This document shows positions 25,353 through 32,000 of a stretch of 32,000 nucleotides of DNA, one piece after another. Location of the stretch: the NCBI GenBank assembly GCA_022646745.1, contig CP060262.1:3810001-3842000 (forward strand), read 5' to 3'. The position numbers and the translations under genes were made by a program. The notes below the pieces were generated by a model. It saw nothing but the letters and a program-made list of their open reading frames with translations. It did no database searches and was not told where the DNA came from. The DNA is from Planctomycetales bacterium. GTDB taxonomy: Bacteria > 4484-113 > JAFGCY01. The stretch's first letter is position 1. Every line of letters starts with the position of its first letter.

Positions 25353-25374
25353 GGTATTCCGGAATCAGAATACC
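25353..25374. promoter_or_regulatory. palindrome GGTATTC-N8-GAATACC, candidate Rrf2 operator
   Basis: Perfect 7-bp arms, beginning 15 nt upstream of the rrf2 start codon and overlapping the putative -10. Confidence 0.4.
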
Positions 25375-25394
25375 TGATATCTGTGATATGTCAA
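25367..25394 (-). promoter_or_regulatory. putative sigma70-type promoter of the rrf2-...-nos-ric operon
   Basis: Minus strand reads TTGACA (25394-25389), a 16-nt spacer, then TATTCT (25372-25367), ~30 nt upstream of the rrf2 ATG. Sequence match only. Confidence 0.35.
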
Positions 25395-25944
25395 GTATGT
25401 CATATTTGAATAACAAAAGTTCTGTTACCTGCTGGATGCCAAGTCGCAATCATTCGGAGATCTAACGAAGCGCGGGTTGACGGAAGCAAGCTGGCCGTAA
25501 TCCAGGAGCAGCAAATCAACAGGCAGCAGCGGCGAAAGATCCCGGGTGCCGCAGTGATCTGCCGCTTCTAGGATTCATTCGCCGGTCTGGCGCTGCGCTG
25601 GCGCAAGCGCTGCCAGCGGGTCGCGCGGAAGATGCGGGTGGCCGGAAGAAACACGCGCCGAAGGGCTGGAACTTGTTCTGGCACTATCGGCAGACCGTCG
25701 AGCGCTGAGCGAGACGGCAGGATATCCAGGTTCCGCGCGAAAACGCCTGCGGCGTGACTTCGCCGGTGGCTCAGCCCGGAGTTGGCGCAGCGCCAGACCC
25801 GCGAATATTCGGATGAGCTCTTAATCTGTTCTGGCAACAAATCTCATCCAACACACGCTTCCGTCCTGTATACCAAAACAATCAGACTAAATGTAAATTC
25901 CTGGGTAGTTTCGGATCGACAACGGCATAGCACCAGGCTGTTCA

Positions 25945-26226
25945 TCACTCGTAAGGCTGTCGGTATATTTCCAGATTCTCCAGTGCAAAATCTTCGGGGA
26001 ACTCCTCCCCAAAAAATATTTCCTGGCAATTCTCACTCATCCAGCTCATGTGCAACAGTGCCGGGAACAACTTTAGTCCCGCGGGTATGCTCCTGTCATA
26101 TACCGCCAGTTTGAACTGGTTGTTGTCATCTAATTCGTGCAGAATGACTGAATATTGTTCAAGTTGCGTAAATGCAATGTTTTCAACATAAGTAACGTTT
26201 GCCTGATCGAAATACAAGCGCTGGAC
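25945..26226 (-). pseudogene. 3' fragment of a low-GC gene of unknown function, truncated by the IS end at 26227
   Basis: The listed ORF 25945-26307 runs from inside the IS left end. Only ...RLYFDQANVTYVENIAFTQLEQYSVILHELDDNNQFKLAVYDRSIPAGLKLFPALLHMSWMSENCQEIFFGEEFPEDFALENLEIYRQPYE* lies outside the IS. It is A+T-rich, unlike its neighbours. Confidence 0.45.
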
Positions 26227-26300
26227 TGACCTGCCCCCCAATAACTGGTCCACTTGTGAAGTGATAGATCGGACCGGAAACATATTGGAGGAGCAGGCAA

Positions 26301-26579
26301 ATGCCAAGGAAGAAGTACAGCCCGGAAGACATCATCAGGCTGTTGCGTGAGGCGGAAGTGCTGATCAGCGAGGGGATGCCCACCCGGCAGGCCGCACGCA
26401 AGATCGGTGTCAGCGACCAGGCCTATTACCACTGGCGACGTGAATACGGCGGGATGCGGATAGAGCAGGCCCGGCGGCTCAAGAACCTGGAGAAGGAGAA
26501 CGGCCGCCTCAAGCAGCTGGTGGCAGACCTGTCCCTTGACAACCAGATCCTCAAGGAAGCATCACGGGGAAACTTCTGA
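26301..26579 (+). CDS. IS3-family transposase OrfA (HTH + leucine zipper)
   Basis: MPRKKYSPEDIIRLLREAEVLISEGMPTRQAARKIGVSDQAYYHWRREYGGM...LKNLEKENGRLKQLVADLSLDNQILKEA is a typical IS3/IS407 OrfA. Confidence 0.85.
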   Translation: MPRKKYSPEDIIRLLREAEVLISEGMPTRQAARKIGVSDQAYYHWRREYGGMRIEQARRLKNLEKENGRLKQLVADLSLDNQILKEASRGNF

Positions 26580-26893
26580 GCCCGGCGAGGCGCCGCCGGG
26601 CGGTGGAACATGTCTCCGACAGGCTGCGGGTTTCGCAGAGGCGGGCCTACCGGGTGATCGGCCAGCCCAGGTCCAGCCAGCGGTACATTGCAAGTGGCCG
26701 CAGCGATGAACCTGCATTGGTTGAATGCATTGTCGGGCTTGCCAGCCAGTATGGACGGTATGGCTATCGACAGATCACGTCCATGCTGCGCAATGCAGGC
26801 TGGCATGTGAATCACAAGCGTGTGGAGCGAATCTGGAGGCAGGAAGGGCTGAAGGTTCCAAGCCGGCAACCCAAGCGTCGCAGGCTATGGCTG
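26573..26893 (+). pseudogene. IS3-family transposase OrfB, N-terminal fragment only
   Basis: The -1 frame relative to orfA reads LLSPARRRRAVEHVSDRLRVSQRRAYRVIGQPRSSQRY...YGRYGYRQITSMLRNAGWHVNHKRVERIWRQEGLKVPSRQPKRRRLWL. The integrase core is missing. Confidence 0.75.
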
Positions 26894-27523
26894 AAGTGTG
26901 AGCTCAAGTGCAGAAGAGCAACTGGACGGGCCTTCGACTTGCGTTCCCGGGCGGCAACGACCCGACGAGTACATGGTGAGCAGCTCAGCAACATCTCCCC
27001 TACCCCACTCCGATCACTCCTATATGCCCGGTGTTGGCGGCCTTCTTGGTATTCTGGCAATTTGGTTAGTAGTAGAAAGCACTTGACTATCTCACCTGAG
27101 ATCAAGCAAGAATCAGGAAGAAAACCTCCATCTGACTGCTTTGTGCTCCAAAAGCTCTTGACGACTCCATATCACGTCAAGAGCCAGGAACCCTTTACTG
27201 ATCAAGTCTCACGGCATGCCAGAAATCTACAGCTTCGAAAGCAGCACCATGTGTATTGTTTACAATGGCATATTGTCAGAATTCACTTGATGCACTTCCA
27301 TAGTTACGGTAAGCTTGATTTGTACGGAACGTACAGCGCAGACCTTCGCCCCCGCTTTTCCGTACTGTCCTGGGCGAGACAAACCAACTCAATTCGCGTA
27401 GCTTTCCTCACCGCTGAGGCAAGTCGGTTCACTTCGCGGACTTCTTTCCTATGCCCTCCGTGGTGCGCTTATGCGCAAATAGTGTATGTGATTCCGAAAC
27501 AATCGGAACGCACGGAGGAAGCA

Positions 27524-27823
27524 ATGAATTGCTTCAATATGGAACCTCACGATGAGATCCGTCGTCGCCATCTGGCCGAAATCGAGACCTACCGGCGTGA
27601 GCAGGAACGCCTGCGCGACGAGTACGAACAGAAGCGCCGCGATGACTTCATCAACCACCAGGTTGAACTTGAGCGAGCCTGTGAAGAAGCAGATGCCGAA
27701 CTGGCGGAGGCTTGCGAGTCTGCCGAAGAAGAGCTGGCCGAAGCGTGGGAGGATGTCATCGAGGAGCAGAACGAAGAGTGGCTCCAGCTCGAGAAGGACC
27801 TCAACGAAGAGCTGAGGCTGTAA
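27524..27823 (+). CDS. small acidic coiled-coil protein, function unknown
   Basis: GGAGG lies 4-5 nt upstream of the ATG at 27524. The 99-aa product is highly charged and helical (EIETYRREQERLRDEYEQKRRDD...AEEELAEAWEDVIEEQNEEWLQLEKDLNEEL). Confidence 0.5.
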   Translation: MNCFNMEPHDEIRRRHLAEIETYRREQERLRDEYEQKRRDDFINHQVELERACEEADAELAEACESAEEELAEAWEDVIEEQNEEWLQLEKDLNEELRL

Positions 27824-27919
27824 GGCTAGTGTGCACAATCTGATTCGACGCTAGTCTTATGTTGGCAACCATTCAATCCAGCAAGGGATGTCATTCGATT
27901 CTGCTCAGGTTTGCTTAAT

Positions 27920-27955
27920 AAGGAAGCTCTAAATCGCAAGGTTTAGAGCTTCCTT
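27920..27955. other. perfect 14-bp-stem hairpin
   Basis: AAGGAAGCTCTAAA-tcgcaagg-TTTAGAGCTTCCTT. No U-tract on either strand. Confidence 0.6.
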
Positions 27956-27995
27956 CCATGCCCTTGATCTGAACGAGAATTGCGGTCGGCAATAC

Positions 27996-28244
27996 ATGAG
28001 CAAGAAGAAGATTGAGGTGGTCGAACCGGATTCCAAACCGAAGCCTGGGCGGCGGGAAGCTGCCGGCGAGGAAGAAATTAAAGGTAATCCAGGCCGTGAG
28101 CTGACACACAAACAGCTCCGCTACATGGGCTACCTCCACCGGCAACTGGGAGAGGAACCGGATTACTCTGTAATCTCCAAGATGTCACAGAAGCAAGCTA
28201 CGATGCGAATCAAGGAGCTGGAAGCGAAACTCAATGAGGGATGA
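27996..28244 (+). CDS. small basic/acidic protein, DUF3072-like
   Basis: 82-aa ORF whose C-terminal half (LTHKQLRYMGYLHRQLGEEPDYSVISKMSQKQATMRIKELEAKL) resembles the DUF3072 pattern as I remember it. No strong SD. Confidence 0.45.
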   Translation: MSKKKIEVVEPDSKPKPGRREAAGEEEIKGNPGRELTHKQLRYMGYLHRQLGEEPDYSVISKMSQKQATMRIKELEAKLNEG

Positions 28245-28296
28245 GGACAGGCACACTTTCCACGCCTATCCGTTCCTATAGGATTACTGCAAGCAG

Positions 28297-28322
28297 GTCA
28301 GCCGGTCTAAGGACGGGCTGAC
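28297..28322 (+). terminator. possible terminator of the 27996-28244 gene
   Basis: GTCAGCC...GGCTGAC 7-bp stem followed by TTTGCTGT. Confidence 0.4.
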
Positions 28323-28373
28323 TTTGCTGTAAAAGCCTTAAATAAGAAAACAAGATGAGTGTAAAAGAAGAAT

Positions 28374-28397
28374 AGTGGCGGCCCTTAGGCCGCCACT
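28374..28397 (-). terminator. rho-independent terminator of the large minus-strand gene
   Basis: AGTGGCGGCC-ctta-GGCCGCCACT, a 10-bp GC-rich stem. On the minus strand it is followed by ATTCTTCTTTT, 35 nt after the stop at 28432. Confidence 0.7.
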
Positions 28398-28431
28398 GAT
28401 GACAGACTAGCTAGTCAAACATTGCCTAGAT

Positions 28432-31400
28432 CTAGAATCCACCGGGTCTCCAGAGTTTGATGTCGTAGCCGGTTAAGAATCCATCCTGCACTGCATAGAG
28501 CAGGTAAGGGTTGGTCTCCTCGCCATCGTCAAAGTAAGCGAGTTTCACCCACAATACACGTCCTTCGTCAAGCTCTCGCAGGCCACCCACTGTCTGGTAG
28601 CCCCAAGTTGCAGTCTCTCCGTTGCCAATCGTTTCAGCGCAGTAGAGAAACCCGTCCTGATGGACATAGGCACAGCCTAGCGCATCAAACTTGTTTGTTC
28701 CGGATACGTATCCCGGTTTCACGCGAAGGTCAACGACATCATAAGATTGGTCCTGATTGAGGGCAGTGCCGTCAATCAGGCCGACACTGGAGGGAGAAGA
28801 CCAAGTGGATATCGGACCCGAACCGTTATCAACTGCGCACGCGATTCTCAGTCCGTTTGAGTCAGGAGTCCTGTCATGACCGTCGTTGTTGTAATAGGTA
28901 ACATACAGGAAGTGCTGTCCGTTGTATGGATCGACTACGACCTCAAAGCCATTTGTAATGATTCTGGCATCGGTGTTCAGCAACGGAAGATCCTGGCTTA
29001 CGATGTTCTGTTCCCAGCTGTCAAGGTCACTTGTTTTCCAAATCTCAAGAAGCGGCGGAAGCTCAAAGACCACCTCACCGCCCGAGACATATGCCCATGC
29101 ATTAGTTCCCACTGCAAGGTACAGCGTCCGTTCCGGTGCCGTGCTCAACCCGGAATGCACAATCGTGTCGTCATTGATGACCTGATTGTAGCTACTGCGT
29201 GCGATCTGTGACGCGTAGAATTCATAGGGCCACGCGTTTGAATTTGGTTCAGTAAACGATGGCCAAGTTGTTACTGACGTCGAAACTTGCTGCCTGAGTT
29301 TCGAATCCACCGTCGGTGTAAATGAAGGATTGTATAACCACGACAGCAAGTATTTGCTCTCCAATCCTGACCCATTGTCGTAGGTAAATGGATACATCAC
29401 AGCTCCACCAGTGTGCGCGATCGTGCCAGATAGAGACTGGTCATGGAAAAGGTGAGTTCCTGACCAGGAACCACTGCTATTTCTTGCAGAGGTCATCATT
29501 TCAAGATGAAAATAGTTCATTCCCTCATCTGCAGCATTGTATGCCACTACTGGCATCCTATCATCATTGTTATCAAGCAAGGGCGAACCATCGCTTTCAA
29601 CTTGATGTGTAAGTGATAGTTTGTAGTTCCTACCACTAGCAGAAAGTGGTTCATATGTTGCACCCGATAGAATATCTGTGTCGATATCCGAGGGAGAAGA
29701 CTCCCCGCCATGAAACTTACGGTACTCCACGTCAACTCGGTTGCCGGTCTGAATCTCCGAGGGATAGACAACGTACACGTCATCACCATCTGCTTGAATA
29801 TCACCCACCATTTTCAGATCCGAACTGAGTCCTGTTGCCAATACAAGTGCTTCCGTGTTGTCAATCTCTCTGGCTGCATCTTCATGAACTGTAAAGTTCG
29901 TGCTGACATTGCCTTCGCCATCTTCGGCTTTGACGATGAAGTAGATTTTCTCTCCTTCTTCTAGGTCGCTGCCATTGTCATCCAGCACGAATACGAGGGT
30001 GTTGTAGTCGAATGCCGGAAACTGTGTGTCTGGATCATACTTGTCCTCGTAACTGAATGTCAGGGGGCCTGACACGGCTTCCTTCACGCCGGGAATCAGG
30101 CTCGGGTCGTCACCTTTGCCGTCAAAATATTCCAATGACCAGTAGCAGCGGTAGGTAATGTCATCACTGACATCATAGTCGGGGCCATCCAGAGCAGGGT
30201 AGAAGTACATTGCTACTTCACCATCATAGGACCATGAAAGCCGATAAAAATCGCTGAGCTGAGGGACAACAGTGATGTTATCCGAAATAGGTTCCACAAA
30301 GACCGGAGGGATAGTATCCTCAACTGTCAGCGTCGTTGATGTGGTGTTTGGTGTAGTCACGCACTGATACTCCCTAGCATAAGGAGCTCCTGAGGTTTCA
30401 AAGGCCCAGATTCCGAAGTTGATTGTGTTACCAGTGCTGTTGATATCAGCCCAGATAGGATCATCCATATCCAGATTGAAGGAGAAGTCCATGGTGCCGC
30501 TCTGGGCACCAGCAACGCCATCACCCTGGTCCCAATGCTGCCTTCCGGCATATATCCAATTTGCATTTGTGAATAACGCAGAGCCCGTGTCCGTTCTAGA
30601 AGCATACAGCCGGTAGCTGACATTGTCGGAGAGCCAGTCCAGTCCGGGGATGGATGTGTTCCAGTACACATCGTCAGCAAGATCATAGTTTACATTGAGA
30701 CTAACATTGCTTGCCAACTGTTCGGTCACGGATATGGTGTTTATACCGCGTCCAGTGCTGTTGCCTGGCGGGGGGTTTGAACCATCTCTGTACTGCGGAC
30801 CATAATCCCAACCAGTCTCGTCCAGGAAGGTCCACTCAACCGTTGTTGTATTGGCAACATAGTTGCCACTGCCTCCGGGCTCGTACTCCTCCAATTCACT
30901 GCCGCTCTCCTCAAAGGCTCGAATCCCGAAGTAAGCTGTCTGACTGACAGAGAAGTCAAGCCCAAAGGTGCTGATTTCGGACGGAGTGAATGTAACCAGC
31001 ATTGATCTTCTTGTCAGCGACTCTTCCTTGTCTTCTCCCTCCACCCAGGACTTGCCTGTCAACTCGTTGCTGAATACGTTTGCTTCTGTCAACGAACCAT
31101 AGAGCTGATACCGGACATTCTTCGTCTCATTATTGTTCGCCCACTTGTTGGCTGCGCCCTCCGGCACCACATCATCCGCGTTGTCATAGACGAACTGAAG
31201 ACAGTATTCATCAGACTGTCCAATCATCAATAGTCCGTTTCCCGAGCTGTCGTTGTCGGGCTGCGACAACCCAGTGTTGTACTGGGGCCCAAACGTGTCA
31301 GCCTTGTACGAAAATGCTCCAATCACCCTTGATGCTGGTCCTCGGTAGATCTGAGAACCATCGTAATAGTATGGGTAAATCAGAAAGTCATATGTCGTAT

Positions 31401-32000
31401 CCGAAGATGGTTCGGTGTCCCAGAAACTGGATGCTGAGAAGGTCGTTTCAATCTCATCCTTCCAGTAACGTTTGCCTTCCGAGTTATTAGGCGTGGTGTG
31501 ATAGCGCTTGGTGTAGGGTTTCGGCTCCGGAGTGAGTGGCGCGGGGTCAATCCCGTCCCTGTCCCAGTTCGCAGCGCAGATCGTGTCGTAGTAGGGGCTG
31601 TCAGGATTTGTGGGGATTGCAGGCGTGCCACTGCTGTAGGAGTAGTTACTGCTGTTCTGCGGGATCGTATAGACCTGGTATCCTGTGATTCGTTCATTGA
31701 AGTGGTTGTAGATCGGGCCCACGTCGCCTGGGCGCTTCATCGTCGGAGTGTCGTAATACTCTTCATAACCCTTTGGCCCTGCTCCATCTGGATCGTAGTT
31801 TGGCCAGTCCAGGACAAATCCGTCCCAGTTGCCATCAATGGCGTCAGCAACCTGCGTGCTTGGCAAGTTCTCTACGTTGTCAGCATTATATTCGTACGAT
31901 GTGGGGTCGGTCCAGCCAACCTGGTCCAGGTACCAGAACACATTGATGTCGTTCTCTCCCGCTCCTTGAAAATCATCAATGCTCTCTTTGAGATTGAGCC
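28432..32000 (-). CDS. large secreted/surface protein with three FN3-like repeats and a beta-rich C-terminal domain, 5'-partial
   Basis: The frame stays open from the listed GTG at 31941 to the window edge (...LNLKESIDDFQGAGENDIN precedes it). FN3-like modules each end in YFGIRAFEESG / INFGIWAFETSG / IYFIVKAEDGEGN. Composition is rich in Asp/Asn/Ser/Thr/Tyr/Trp, as in extracellular proteins. Confidence 0.8.
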   Translation of the reverse strand, partial: LNLKESIDDFQGAGENDINVFWYLDQVGWTDPTSYEYNADNVENLPSTQVADAIDGNWDGFVLDWPNYDPDGAGPKGYEEYYDTPTMKRPGDVGPIYNHFNERITGYQVYTIPQNSSNYSYSSGTPAIPTNPDSPYYDTICAANWDRDGIDPAPLTPEPKPYTKRYHTTPNNSEGKRYWKDEIETTFSASSFWDTEPSSDTTYDFLIYPYYYDGSQIYRGPASRVIGAFSYKADTFGPQYNTGLSQPDNDSSGNGLLMIGQSDEYCLQFVYDNADDVVPEGAANKWANNNETKNVRYQLYGSLTEANVFSNELTGKSWVEGEDKEESLTRRSMLVTFTPSEISTFGLDFSVSQTAYFGIRAFEESGSELEEYEPGGSGNYVANTTTVEWTFLDETGWDYGPQYRDGSNPPPGNSTGRGINTISVTEQLASNVSLNVNYDLADDVYWNTSIPGLDWLSDNVSYRLYASRTDTGSALFTNANWIYAGRQHWDQGDGVAGAQSGTMDFSFNLDMDDPIWADINSTGNTINFGIWAFETSGAPYAREYQCVTTPNTTSTTLTVEDTIPPVFVEPISDNITVVPQLSDFYRLSWSYDGEVAMYFYPALDGPDYDVSDDITYRCYWSLEYFDGKGDDPSLIPGVKEAVSGPLTFSYEDKYDPDTQFPAFDYNTLVFVLDDNGSDLEEGEKIYFIVKAEDGEGNVSTNFTVHEDAAREIDNTEALVLATGLSSDLKMVGDIQADGDDVYVVYPSEIQTGNRVDVEYRKFHGGESSPSDIDTDILSGATYEPLSASGRNYKLSLTHQVESDGSPLLDNNDDRMPVVAYNAADEGMNYFHLEMMTSARNSSGSWSGTHLFHDQSLSGTIAHTGGAVMYPFTYDNGSGLESKYLLSWLYNPSFTPTVDSKLRQQVSTSVTTWPSFTEPNSNAWPYEFYASQIARSSYNQVINDDTIVHSGLSTAPERTLYLAVGTNAWAYVSGGEVVFELPPLLEIWKTSDLDSWEQNIVSQDLPLLNTDARIITNGFEVVVDPYNGQHFLYVTYYNNDGHDRTPDSNGLRIACAVDNGSGPISTWSSPSSVGLIDGTALNQDQSYDVVDLRVKPGYVSGTNKFDALGCAYVHQDGFLYCAETIGNGETATWGYQTVGGLRELDEGRVLWVKLAYFDDGEETNPYLLYAVQDGFLTGYDIKLWRPGGF

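Larger units (their letters stand above)
26227..26893 (+). mobile_element. IS3-family (IS407-group-like) insertion sequence remnant, 3'-truncated
   Basis: The left end starts TGACCTGCCCCCC, 74 nt before orfA. orfA and the -1 frame orfB N-terminus (LLSPARRRRAVEHVSDRL...) are present. orfB similarity stops after ...QPKRRRLWL (~26893), before any DDE catalytic region. I found no right end. Confidence 0.75.

Noticed and set aside
25568-25840. 90-aa minus-strand ORF in the G+C-rich spacer right of the operon promoter
   Set aside because: The translation is Arg/Ser/Ala-rich, and I saw no SD or recognisable motif in any frame I translated. It is probably non-coding or a decayed remnant at the island edge. 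I could not link it to a transposase.
26894-26900. GTGTG at the IS truncation point as a possible group II intron 5' end
   Set aside because: There is no reverse-transcriptase ORF, no domain V-like helix (the GTACGGAA/TTCCGTAC stem does not match the domain V consensus), and only ~630 bp is available.
26603-27823. 406-aa ORF read as a single protein
   Set aside because: It is a chimera. The first ~97 codons are an IS3 OrfB N-terminus (itself normally made by -1 frameshift from orfA). The middle ~210 codons have no protein-like character. The last 99 codons have their own SD and ATG (27524).
28293-28300. GCAGGTCA as a possible right inverted repeat of the IS that starts at 26227
   Set aside because: Only 8 nt match the left end, which is expected by chance in 32 kb. 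The implied 2.07-kb element would contain non-IS genes and still lack the DDE domain.
1-32000. Search for tRNA/tmRNA, rRNA and CRISPR arrays
   Set aside because: I saw no regularly spaced direct repeats and no convincing T-arm (GGTTCGAATCC-like) or acceptor structure. The GGTTCGAGCC-like string near 12610 (minus strand) lacks a complementary stem. A proper tRNAscan/Infernal run would be needed to be certain.

Overview
Bacterial mosaic accessory region; the taxon cannot be assigned from the sequence alone.

(i) nt 1-5990: the 3' ~6 kb of a giant RHS/YD-repeat polymorphic toxin. Its last ~345 codons form an A+T-rich C-terminal cassette (Gly linkers, hydrophobic helices, Cys/Trp-rich tail) with no catalytic motif I recognise. 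A small tail-anchored ORF follows and is a candidate immunity gene.

(ii) nt 6341-12801: a mobile-element remnant. It holds a TM-anchored type IV coupling-protein-like ATPase, an XRE regulator and two membrane proteins of unknown function. It also holds a ComEC-type MBL hydrolase translationally coupled to a large serine recombinase. That last pair is bracketed by a perfect 88-bp inverted repeat (10199-10286 / 12618-12705), whose right copy lies inside the recombinase 3' end.

(iii) nt 25338 down to 12907, minus strand: a tightly packed, visibly G+C-rich 11-gene operon. In order: Rrf2 regulator, GltD-like NAD(P)H flavoprotein with ferredoxin domain, Rieske protein, b6-type cytochrome b, pentahaem cytochrome c, clade II (Sec/lipoprotein) nosZ, fused nosB-nosD, nosF, nosL, nosY and a RIC/YtfE-type di-iron protein.

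(iv) nt 25945-28244: an IS3-family (IS407-like) remnant that truncates a low-GC gene, then ~630 bp of non-coding DNA with hairpins, then two small ORFs.

(v) nt 28432-32000, minus strand: the 3' 3.5 kb of a large secreted protein with FN3-like repeats, running off the window.

I saw no tRNA, rRNA or CRISPR array. All family assignments come from motifs read in the supplied translations; no database search was run.
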